Below, piece after piece: positions 21,041 to 31,334 of a stretch of 35,006 bases of DNA. This stretch comes from Balamuthia mandrillaris (lineage: Eukaryota), in contig JAVKOQ020000065.1 in NCBI GenBank assembly GCA_031835245.2, forward strand, positions 186,001 through 221,006, written 5' to 3'. The translations under genes were made by a program, and so were the position numbers. The notes under the pieces were generated by a model. That model was not told the origin of the DNA and did not search any database. It saw only the letters and a list, made by a program, of their open reading frames with translations. Position 1 is the stretch's first letter; the number at the start of each line of letters is the position of its first letter.

Positions 21041-21480
21041 GTCTACCAGGCTTCTAGAGGGTGGCCGAAGGCCACCTGCTGAAGGCAGCAAAGCCACCTG
21101 AGGCAGAGAACAGGAGGAAGTGGCTGAATGCCGCAAAAGTGCAATTTACGGTGGAATCACGAGACAAATGTTGCTTTCCCACTTTTTCTGTTGAAAATGT
21201 GGGTCTACCAGGCTTCTAGAGGGTGCCAAAGGCCACCGGCTGAAGGTGGCGAAGCCGCCTGAGACAGAGAATGTGAGAAAGCGGCTGAAGGTCACAAAGG
21301 TGCAATTTTTGGTGGAATCGTGAGACAAATGTTGCCTTCCCACTTTTTCTGTTGAAAATGTGGGTCTACCAGGCTTCTAGAGGGTGGCCGAAGGCCACCT
21401 GCCAAAGGTGGCAAAGCCGCCTGAGGCAGAGAACATGAGGAAGCAGCAGAAGGCTGAGAAAGTGTGATTTATGGTAGAAT
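21041..21480. repeat. ~161-bp tandem repeat, ~2.7 copies (starts 21041, 21203, 21364), with GAA-loop hairpins
   Basis: gtctaccaggcttctagaggg... recurs with periods 162 and 161; contains ggtggcc-gaa-ggccacc. Confidence 0.9.
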
Positions 21481-21858
21481 TGATTTATTTGCTGTTTTAG
21501 TGTTGCAATTGAGCCCCAAGTATACCTTTATGTACCTCACAACAGTTGGTTTGGTTCTCAACCAACCAACCAACAGACCTACAAGATGGGAATCATCAGT
21601 GAGAGCTCAACCCTCAGGGAAAAGAGAGAAAATGGACGAGATGAAATGTTGACTTTTATGACGACATGAGAGCCATAACGACCTCAGGGACCGACACACA
21701 AGCTGGCTCAGAACCTGCTTACTTCTCAACTCATTCTCTTGTTTCTTTTTTTTGAACCACCAACTAACTAACTAACCAACCAACCATCTTATGCACTCTC
21801 AACAGCATCAAGCCTGGGTGCAAGCAGGTTCAAAGGAATGTTGTCCTTCATCCCAGCC

Positions 21859-22253
21859 ATGCAGACTTACTCCCTTGGTTTCATCTCTTTGCTGAAGCGT
21901 CAGCAGCGAGCTTTTCTGCTCAAGAAAGCAAGTTTGTACAGCTGTTGTGTAGCACATGCAGGCCTACTCCCTTGGTTTCATCTCTTTGCTGAATGAAGCA
22001 TCAGCAGCGAGCTTTTCCATCCAAGGAAGCAAGTCCACACAGCTGTTGTGTCATGCATGCAGACCTATTCCCTTGGTTTCATCTCTTTGCTGAATGAAGC
22101 ATCAGCAGCAGCGAGCTTTTCTGCCCAAGGAAGCAAGTCCGCACAGCTGTTGTGTAGTGCACGCAGACCTACTCCCTTGGTTTCATCTCTTTGCTGAATA
22201 AAGCATCAGCAGCGAGCTTTTCTGCCCAAGGAAGCAAGTTCGCACAGCTGTTG
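21859..22253. repeat. ~100-bp minisatellite, 4 copies (starts ~21859, 21956, 22057, 22161)
   Basis: Unit approximately atgcagacctactcccttggtttcatctctttgctgaatgaagcatcagcagcgagcttttctgcccaaggaagcaagtccgcacagctgttg. Confidence 0.9.
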
Positions 22254-22869
22254 CAAGCCAAGAAGAAAGCAAACATATTCGTTCTTATTACTTTTGTTTG
22301 CCTTTGCAATGCTGTGTCGTTCTCACTACTGCAGCAAACAACAAAACTGTTTTCTTCCTGCCTGTCAAAAAAAAACTACAACAAAACGGAAACAAAGACC
22401 AAAAAACAACAACAAGAAAAAAAGCCATCCAACAAGAGGAGAGATTTAATGGAAATAATTAATGAATAAAAACATAACAGTGAAAATCGCAGGAAAATGG
22501 AAGAAATGGAAAGGAGAAGCAAAGAGCTGGTGGTGATGATGAGATCAATGACAGAAAAGAAAGAGCTGAAGAATAGAAAAGAAAGCAAGCCAGCCAGCAA
22601 GTGAGTGAATAGGCCCAAGTAAAGAAAAACAACCACCTTCTTCCTCCTCTTCCTTCTTACAACCTACTATAGCTAGCAGTCCTCAAGATTCCAACAACAA
22701 TTGTTGACACAGAGGAAGGAGGAGGCTCGTTTGCTGCTTTGCTGGACCTTGACTTTATCACCACAATGACATGCTGATAGTGCTCATGGACACTCTGAAA
22801 AAGGGGAAGCGACAAGGACGCCGGGGAAAAAAATTAATAAATCAAAAAAAAAAGAAAGAAAGAAGAACA

Positions 22870-23521
22870 CCACCCCTGCTCTCCAAGGCTTTGCTTCTCC
22901 TTCAAGGCCTTTTTTCTTCTTTGTGGCTGCCCTGCCCTTCAAGACCTTTCTTCTTCTTTGTGGTTGCTTTGCTCTTCACGGCTTTTCTTTTTCTTCATAA
23001 CCTTCTCCATTGCAGCTGCACAGCCCTTCACAGCCTTTCTTCATCTTTCAAGAGGCTGCGCTGCTCTTCACAGCCTTTTTCCTCTTCATCACCTTTCTTC
23101 TCCTTTAGGACTGCACTGTTCTTCACAGCCTTTCTTTCCCTTTATGGCTTTTCCCCTCCTTTGAGGCCCCCACACTGCTCTTCTCTTCTTCTTCGCAGCC
23201 CGCCACACTGCTCTTCGCAGCCTTTTTCTCCCTTTGTGGCTGTACTACTTGTCACAGCCTTTCTTCTCCTCAGAGGCTGCATTGCTGCTCTTCACAACCT
23301 TTCTTCCCCTTTGTAATGCCACTGTTTTTCATGGCCATGGCCTTTCTTCTTTTTCATAGCCTTTCTCAACTATAAATACTTTTCCTACAACCAAGAACAC
23401 AAGCTCGAACAAAGCAACAACACACACTTAGAAACACACTTGTTTTCTTCTTTTCATTAAATATGTTTGGCTCCCATCTTTCTCTTTGTTCCTGTCTTGG
23501 TTCTATGCTCAGGTTCTAACA
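22870..23521 (+). repeat. Probable 5' LTR of the Gypsy element, with degenerate C/T-rich internal repeats; 5' boundary unresolved
   Basis: TATAAATA at ~23371, ATTAAA at ~23456, and an end at ...CTAACA (23521) immediately before the gag region. Repeated ctgctcttcacagccttt motifs lie upstream. Confidence 0.45.
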
Positions 23522-23547
23522 TTTTTTTTGATGAGTCAAACCATTTG

Positions 23548-25930
23548 ATGATGGAAGCTTTGCAACAGACACAACAATAACAGCTGCAAAGCATGGCAAT
23601 AGGAAACACTAATCAACCGCCACTGCTTACTTCCACTGGTGGTTCGTCATCCATAGATTCTCAGCAAACAACTGCACAACAAATCTTGGCACTTCTGCAG
23701 CAGCAACAACAGCAACTGCAGCAGCAACAAATACAACTGCAATCTCTCCTTCAACAACAATCTCTTGCTTCTTTGGCACCGGCTGCTTCTTCGTCATCTT
23801 CAGCTGCCTCAGGTGTAGGTGGTTCGGCTTCTTCTGTGCCGCAAATGGTGACTCCTTCCAATTCAACCAATGCTGCTTGACCACGACCAAATCCTTTGGG
23901 CTTCAATGCTGACCTGTACTCAGCTCTTCGGATGCAACGAGAACAACTGTGTGATAAGGCTGGTGAGGGAACAACCCAACGGATACTAACTCGTTGTGTG
24001 CAGGGAAAAGACCTTTAATAGAATGAAAGAAAGATATATATATACAAGGAGAGATAGGGATAGGTATTATGGGAAGTGGTATAACAACTGCAAGCCCGGA
24101 TTCTGGACCCTTTTGTCAATGTGGACACCCTTCAACAAGAGTTGGACGACTTGCTCGCACGTTTCGCTCTTGTAGAGAGAACTTCTGAACTGCGTATTCC
24201 TGGCCAAGATCCACAGACTTCTTTCGACGACTCTCCCACTGTGCCTCAACTCCAGCGACACATCCTCCCTGTCTTCGAAACAGCTGCAACATTGTCCACC
24301 TCGATGGTGCTTCCTCGCTCGTTCCATGTCCGACCTGCTTCCGCTTCTTCATCCCCATCTCCCTTTTCTTTATCTTTGTTTGAAACCATTCCCCCTTTGC
24401 CTCATCAACTGCCCGAATTCAATCCTGCAAAACACAATGCCATCTTCTTTCTTGAGCGCTTCAAAACAATCCTTGATGTCCATCGTTATCCGCCAGATCT
24501 TTGGTACCTTGCTCTCATTTCTCAAATCACTGATCCTGATGCCTTCCACTGGGCAAAGCAAACCTTGGCTTCTGACATGACCTGGGAAGACATTTTTGCT
24601 GAGTTTTTGGATCACTTTACGTCTCCTGAGTACAAATCCAAGCTTCAGGATGAGTACCACAGTTTCAAGGCCAAACCTGGTGAGACTGTTTGAGCTATTG
24701 GTGATCATCTTCAATCCCTCCATGACCAGATGGTGAACAAGCCATCTACTTTCGCGTTACTACACAAGTTTCAGTCAGCCCTTCCTAAGGACATTCGATG
24801 CATATACATTGGCACTGTCCTTTCAAAGGCTCCTCACTCCTTGGATGAAGCGATCAACATCGCCCTAGCGATTGAAAGCGACCTCCAGGACCCCAATCAG
24901 ACGACTTCTATTGACGATGGTAGCAAAAAGAAGAAGCAGTGACCTTACTGTAAGATCCACAAGATGTTTGGACATGATACATCCGACTGTTATGTGCCTC
25001 AACGCAGGAAACAGCCCAATGGTTTGGCTAACACCTCTTCGTCGTCGTCTGGTACTTCTTTTACTCCTTCTGGTGCCCCCTCTTCTGGGCCATCCCCAGC
25101 AACAAAGTCCAAAAGCCATGTTACATGCTACAACTGCAACCAGAAAGGCCATTACTCCAATGAGTGCCCACTTCCTAAGAAGAAGCCCCCAGCTTTGCTC
25201 AACTCTCTTGACGACTCGACTCCTACCCCTCCTGCACAACCCTCTGGTGATTCCTTGTCCACTCTTCATACCAATGATTTGTATGAGGAATACAATCGTG
25301 CTATCAACAAGCTCCAAGCTGATTCTCTTTTTCAGCTCAACACCAGCGACAACTCTTCCTTCAGCAAAATCTGTGTTCCTGCATTAGTGAACAACCATCT
25401 GGTTTTCACTTTTCTTGATACTGGCGCTTCTTGCTCGTTTATCGACTTGGAGACTGCCAAGAAATTCCATGTTCAATTTCATCTGTTAAAATCTTCCATT
25501 ACCCTTGGTGCTAACAACTCGGTAGCAGAAGTTCACGGCGTAGTCCTCTCTATTCTGGTCGCATGTGGAAAGCTTCATTTTCGTCATCACTTCCGCATCC
25601 TTTCACTCTCTCAAAGTGAGACAGTCATTTTCAGCCATGACATGCTAAAGAAATTGGACTTCGAAATTAGTGGTATTCCCATCAATTTCCCTTCTGCTTC
25701 TCCTTCGCCTCCTGTTGATTCCAATGTCATGACTCCTGAGCAATATCGTGAGAAGTCTCTTCCTCCATTTAAGCAGCAATATATCGTCAATGCTATTCAA
25801 GACCTCTTGGACGTTAACCAACAGCTTCCAGTTGGGCCTTCTTCTCATCAGGCTGTTTTGCATCTCAATACGAATAATCATCGACCCATATTTCGACACC
25901 AGTATCCCCTTCCTAGGTACTCAGAACCTA
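23548..25930 (+). pseudogene. Ty3/Gypsy-type LTR retrotransposon gag-protease, truncated just before RT
   Basis: One reading frame once the solo LTR is removed. It contains a retrotransposon gag-like region (FLERF, TWEDIFAEFLDHF, KPGETV), knuckles CKIHKMFGHDTSDC and CYNCNQKGHYSNEC, an aspartic protease FLDTGASCSFI and the pre-RT segment HRPIFRHQYPLP. In-frame TGA stops occur at 23878, 24691 and 24940. Confidence 0.88.
23950..24086 (-). mobile_element. 137-bp solo LTR inserted in gag, 4-bp TSD ACTG (23946-23949 / 24087-24090)
   Basis: TGTGATA...TATAACA termini (TG..CA, imperfect inverted repeat) with an exact ACTG duplication. A TATA-like run followed by ATTAAA lies on the minus strand. Excision restores ...MQREQL|QARILDPF... 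Confidence 0.88.
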
Positions 25931-26044
25931 CGGCATTCAACTCCCCATGGTCCATTCTATAAAACTCTAAGTCTATAAGTCTAACGGATAAAGTGGGTCA
26001 AAGTAGCAATTTTTTCAATTTTCGTATAGAAATACCTATATAAT

Positions 26045-27188
26045 CTAACAAGATATAATCATAATATCATCATCATCATCATTCTCCTCTGTCTCTTCCT
26101 CTTCATCCAAGATGGATATAACTGTAGTGGTAGTAAAAGTAGGAGATGATGATGGGGAGGAAGTGTTGTCATTATCATCATCATCTGATTTGTCAAAGTC
26201 CTCATCATGGGCCACCAAGTATTTGGCCTTCAAAGCATCCAGATTGTTGGAGAATTCTGTGAGGAGATTGCGCCATTTATCATAGCAATCATTGTTGGTT
26301 CGACGTTGGGTAGGCAAGTGTTTGGCAATCTCCAACCAAGACCATCCATCACGCAAGCGCCAAGTGACAAGTCTACGGATTTCTGGTGCCTGCCAAGCGA
26401 TCCGTTGCCGATGGCCATTCTTCCGATATTTGAGTCGATTGGATAACATTTGTTGTCGCTGAAGCGCTCTGCGAAGTCGTTGTCGTCGTGGTGTTTGTTT
26501 TTTTGAGTCAGGACTCTTGTCATCGTCATCATCATCGAGAGAAGCAAGGGAGGAGGATGATTGCTCTTGACGAGGGGTGAGGAATGCTTTGTGAATGGGT
26601 GATCCGTTGACCAACTTGGGAAGTACAGGAGCTACAAACTCATCCACCAGCTCATTCAAGCCACTGAAAAAGCTTTGCAGAATGCCAGAGATGTGTTGAC
26701 GGCACAGCTGGCGATGAATATTGGGCCAACGAAGAGGAGATTTGTTTTTGGCCTCATAGGTGGCTGCAGCTTCAGCTAGCACATCCTTATCAAACTCATC
26801 TGGATGATTTTCTACCCAAGTAGTACAACATTCAAGCCACAAGGAGCGATAAAATCGTATTTGTTGATCTTTGGTTGGCAAATCTGTTCATTTCATGAAC
26901 CACCTAAAGAAGCAGTGTAAAAGAAGAAGAAGAGAGAAAGAGAAAGTGAGAAAGAAAGAGGAAAAGAAAGAAAAAGGGAAAAGAGACAAAAAACAAAGTG
27001 TGCGTGAATGTTAAAAGAAGAACAAATGAACTAAGACCAATTATAACAATTATTGTTTAGACTATGAATGTTGCTGCTGTCACAATAAACCTGTGCGTTC
27101 TAGCTGAGCGCTAGGTCTAAGGGTGCATTTTTGAATGCAAGCAAGCAAACAAACAAGCTAAAAACTGACTGGATAGATAAATAGATAA

Positions 27189-27252
<64 letters not shown>

Positions 27253-28400
27253 TGGTGATGGTGGTGGATACTATGCAAACAAAACAAACAAACAAACACA
27301 AACAAACAAACCGTTGGCGAACAGCATGAATAAAACTCTGATAGTTGGTATCTGCAGACCAGTTGGATTGTTGCAAAGCATCTGAGGATAGATTGTGAAA
27401 TGCTTCTTTGGTAACTAGCTCTGGAGCAATAACTGTATGTATGCAAGGGAGTGAGAATGAAAAGAACCAAAAAGAGAGCAAGTCAGTCCATCAAGTGATA
27501 GTGGTGGTGGTGGTGGTGATGGTGGTGGTGGTGGTGGTTTATTGACGCTGGTCAGGCAGCCAGCCCAGCCAAAGAAAAAACAAAAGAAAAAACAAAACTC
27601 AGACGAGCAGTAACGAACCACAATGTCGAGGAGGATGATAATCAGCAGTGGTAGTTGCAACAGAGGATGAAGATGATGAAGAAGAAGAAGAAGAAGAAGA
27701 ATGAGGATGAGTGGTGGTAACATTGCTGACCAAGCGATTGGCCACAATAGCACGTTTTAATGTATCCTTGACGTAGACTTGCTGGGATCTACCACGAGGT
27801 ACCCAACCTGCGATAAGGGCAGTAGTATCCAGTACATTGTTCTGACTGTGACCTTCCTGCAGTCCCTCCAAGATCAAGGCAGTGCAAAGGAAGCCAGCAC
27901 GCAAGGAGTAAAAGGAAAACAATCCTTCAGGATAACCAGCCCGAACAGCCCGATCTTGCAACTTGGCATTTAAAGTATCGCGTGACCATCCCCAATAATG
28001 ATGTTTGTTTTTGTGTATCTGTTAAGCGCCAGTTGTGAAACTCGCGCAAATCCAAACCATGCTTGCATAACAGATGCTTGTTTAACCAGTAAATAAAATC
28101 TCCAAGACAAATGCTTGGTGTTGATGTTGTTGATGTGGTGGCAGCAGGGGTGGTGACAGCAGCAGAGGTCGTAGCAGCAGCAGTCCTAAGTGGTGATGAT
28201 GGTGATGGTGATGGTGAAGAAGATGATCCTCGCGATGATGATGATGGTAGTGGTGGTGGTGGTGTTAAATAACCTTCAAATGTAACAACATGATTCTAAT
28301 GATTTGGTATTCCTTTAGTGACTTGTTGGCGCAACGAAAGGAAATAAAGAGGAGGAGCAGAAAATGCATCCTCTTGGTGATGGCAGCTGATGTTGTCATT

Positions 28401-28431
<31 letters not shown>

Positions 28432-29826
28432 AAAGAGGAGGATGAAAGTTTAGGTCGAAATGCCACAATATCACCCAAACGAATGTTTGCAGCTGTAATG
28501 GCTCTGGCACCAGTACAAACACTGTGTAACCAACAACTGGCTTCAGCAGCTTTGCTCACCAGTCCATCTGGAGTGGATGCGATAATATGTAAGACATCAT
28601 CTAACAAACATGCGTCTTTGCACAATTGTTTGCTAGAACAGGAAGGTTTGGCTCTTTTGCAATGTCGAATGGCCTGTTTGACTTGATCTTTGATGGCATC
28701 CATTTGGTTTTTTAGCAACAACAAGTAAGCATGGTCTGCGGTTGTTGTCAATGCTGTAGTGTGTCCTGTCGCTCCTGTTGTTGCTGCTCGAGTGACACCA
28801 TCACCAAGAAGGGTTCTGGATAAAGGAGAAGGTGGGAGAGAAGTGGTACATGATGATGATGCTGAAGTTGAAGAGATTATGGAGGAAACAGAGGAGGAGG
28901 AGGAGGAGGAGGAAGAAGAAGAGGAGAAGGAGGAGGATGCAGAAAGGGAGTCAAGCTGTTGTTGGATACTTTCATCATGCAAACGATAAAGACTGGCAAT
29001 CATGACATCGCGCACAGAGCTCAAGGCATAACCCACATCCAAAATCAACCATTGAACAAAGGCTCCTACGTTATGACGTTGGAGATTCAAAGGAAGAGCT
29101 GGCAAACATTTATGATGCCCACAATGTGCTTCCCAGATGGCCAAAGTCCAGGCATGTTTACGTTGGGTAGAAGGGCTCCATCGACTCGTCACTGCCGTCA
29201 ACTCTGTCCACCGCTCTTCTGTCAAACGGTTCATCAATGTGATAGCACGAGAAAGACGTCTTCCTCCACCATCACCACCACCACCATTACTACTACTGCT
29301 GCCATGTGTAGTATCGTCGTCATCATTATCATCATTTGTTCTAGCTCTATTTTGTTGTTTCTCTATTTTTCTCTTTTTTCCTTGTTTTTCTTCTTTGTGT
29401 TCTTCTTCATCTTCTTTTTCGTCTTCAGTCAACAACAACAAATCAATCAATGTTGATGGGGTTGTTGTTTTGCTTCTTGCATCTTCCTCTGTTTCTACTT
29501 CTCCTCTTCTTCCTCTTAATGAAGATGATGATGATACTGATAAATTACTATCACCGTTGCTATCCATAACATCACCATCATTGTTCTCAAAGACAAAGGA
29601 CTCTGAATTTGAAGAAGAAGAAGAAAAAGAAGAAGAAGAAGAAGAAGAAGAAGAAGGAGGAGGAGAAAAAGGGAGAGAAGAAAAAGAAGAAGGAGGAGGA
29701 GGAGAAGAAGGGGAACAAGCAGAAGAAGAAGAAGAAGAACAAGCAGAAGAAGAAGAAGAAGAAAAAGAAGAAGAAGAACAAGAAGAAGAAGAGGTCATCC
29801 TTTCTAAAGATTGTTGTTGTTGTTGC

Positions 29827-29871
<45 letters not shown>

Positions 29872-30216
29872 CGTTGTTGTTGTGGTTGTGATTGAGTAAA
29901 TGATGAAGTGGCGGTGATGGTAGTGGTAGTGGATGAAAAGGGTGATGCAGAAAACGGAGGAGGTGAAAAAAGCTCTGCAGGATTATCAACAACAATAACA
30001 GGAGCAGAAGCAACAACAGTTGCTGGTGGTGGTGTTTTTAACAAATAATGATCCAAAAACTGCTTGCGAACGAATGACTGAGTGTTGAGAGCCTGATAGG
30101 GAGCAAAGTGATGATTGAAAGATGTTGTTGATGAGGATGAGGATGATGATATTGAGACAATCGTTACTTCATCATCCTCTTCTATTGCTGCTACTGTTGT
30201 TGCTGTTGCTGCCTCT

Positions 30217-30247
<31 letters not shown>

Positions 30248-30299
30248 GTAGTGGTGGTTTGTCAAAGACAGCAGGAATAGATATATTATCTTCTGTTTG
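26045..30299 (-). pseudogene. Spliced tyrosine recombinase-Myb/SANT fusion gene (Crypton-like); exons (>=30056)-27619, 27432-27312, 26903-26045; start codon unresolved
   Basis: Core-binding-like region SPSTQRKH...VGAFVQWL...YALSSVRD. Catalytic motifs CTGAR (R), VTKG (K), YSLRAGF (HxxR position), IAGW and QVY (Y). Two GT-AG introns with matching phases (27618-27433, 27311-26904) link these to the Myb domain WQAPE...WSWLEIAKHLPTQRRTNNDCYDKWRNL. Lesions are TAG at 28298-28296, a +1 frameshift near 27995 and TGA at 26890-26888. Confidence 0.8.
27172..27252. repeat. (GATA)n microsatellite within the YR-Myb intron
   Basis: Direct reading. Confidence 0.9.
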
Positions 30300-30916
30300 T
30301 TATTGTTGTTGTTGTTGTTGTTGTTGTTGTTAAACAAGTAAATTGTAGACACAAACACAAACACAAACGACAAATGTTGGAAACAAAAGAAACACGAAGT
30401 TAGTAAGTCTAGTCTGATGGATGAATGAAGATATAGATAATAATAAAGAATGAGAACTATTTGGAGACTTGTTTTTGTTTTTCCTTTCCTTTCCTTTCTT
30501 GATTGTTTCTTTCTTTCTTTCTTGTCGTTTCTTCTTGTCATTTCTTGTCGTTTCTTTCTTTCTTTCTTTCTCCCTTTTTACATCTAGCAGTAACAGGAGG
30601 TTCATTTTTATAATTGCCTTTTCATTCTTTGTTTGTTTACATTTCTTGTTGTCTGTCTATTAGTATTATTATTTGCAACAATACTACTGTTTTTGCTTGT
30701 TTGTCATGTCACTCACTCCCTTACTCACCATGCTATGCTTAACAACTCTTACCATCATCATCACCACCACCACCATCACTACTCTACCATCCATCCATCC
30801 ATCCATCCATTGTTTAACCGGTATTATTACCACCAACCAACCAACCAATCAACCAACTAACTCAAGCTTTCTCTCAAACAACCAAACTAATATAACTAAC
30901 TAAAAAGAGAAAGAGA

Positions 30917-31198
30917 TCACCTGCCTGAGTTACGGCGTTGTGAACGAGTTGTGGCTCCTTTTCTGCTGCTGCTGCTACTGCTAGATGAGGCAGCCACTGC
31001 AGCAGCAGCTCTTTGCAAAGATAATTTGGCAGCAGCAGTAGCAATAGCCTTTTGAGCAGCAGCTGCAGCCTTGTGCGTAGATTTGCTGCTAGGGCTCTTG
31101 GTAGCACTTGTCTTTTCCTCTTCTTTCTGTTTTTCTGCTTTTTTTTCGCCAGCTTCTGCTTCTGCTGCTTTTCTTCTTTTTCTTTTTCTTTTTCTTTT

Positions 31199-31230
<32 letters not shown>

Positions 31231-31302
31231 CTCATCTTCATTTTGTGCTGCTGCTGCTGCTACTTGTTTTGCTGGGTCATTAGCAGGTTTTTTTGATACT
31301 AG

Positions 31303-31334
<32 letters not shown>

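Larger units (their letters stand above)
19038..21684 (-). mobile_element. Degenerate PIF/Harbinger-superfamily (IS5-like) DNA transposon; boundaries uncertain
   Basis: Abrupt drop in GC/CpG content after ~19040, a transposase pseudogene and tandem subterminal-type repeats. A possible imperfect TIR pairs AGGTCGTCATGAC (19038) with the reverse complement of 21672-21684 (AGGTCGTTATGGC). No clean TSD was found, so the element may end near 21480. Confidence 0.6.

Noticed and set aside
21041..22253. CRISPR-like array
   Set aside because: Units are 100-161 bp tandem copies with no unique spacers, there are no cas genes, and the context is eukaryotic.
26045..26881. Myb ORF as the second (Myb/SANT) gene of the Harbinger transposon
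   Set aside because: It lies >5 kb away beyond a Gypsy element, lacks its own ATG, and splices in phase to the tyrosine recombinase exons.
23878..26890. TGA recoding (selenocysteine or alternative genetic code) or programmed read-through
   Set aside because: In-frame TGAs are restricted to TE-derived sequence, co-occur with frameshifts and a TAG, and fit CGA>TGA decay. Host genes read normally in the standard code.
29137..30016. Plus-strand and alternative-frame ORFs with poly-E/C/K/V/F
   Set aside because: They are shadow frames of trinucleotide repeats in the YR gene's low-complexity N-terminus.
23548..30056. gag + tyrosine recombinase as a single DIRS/Ngaro retroelement
   Set aside because: The gag is followed by an aspartic protease (absent from DIRS), the YR is on the opposite strand and has spliceosomal introns, and pol is cut at the junction.
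30723..30731. ATG|GTGAGT micro-exon as the YR-Myb start
   Set aside because: The donor is attractive, but it is phase 0 and the nearest good acceptor (~30294) needs phase 1, so the 5' structure is left unresolved.
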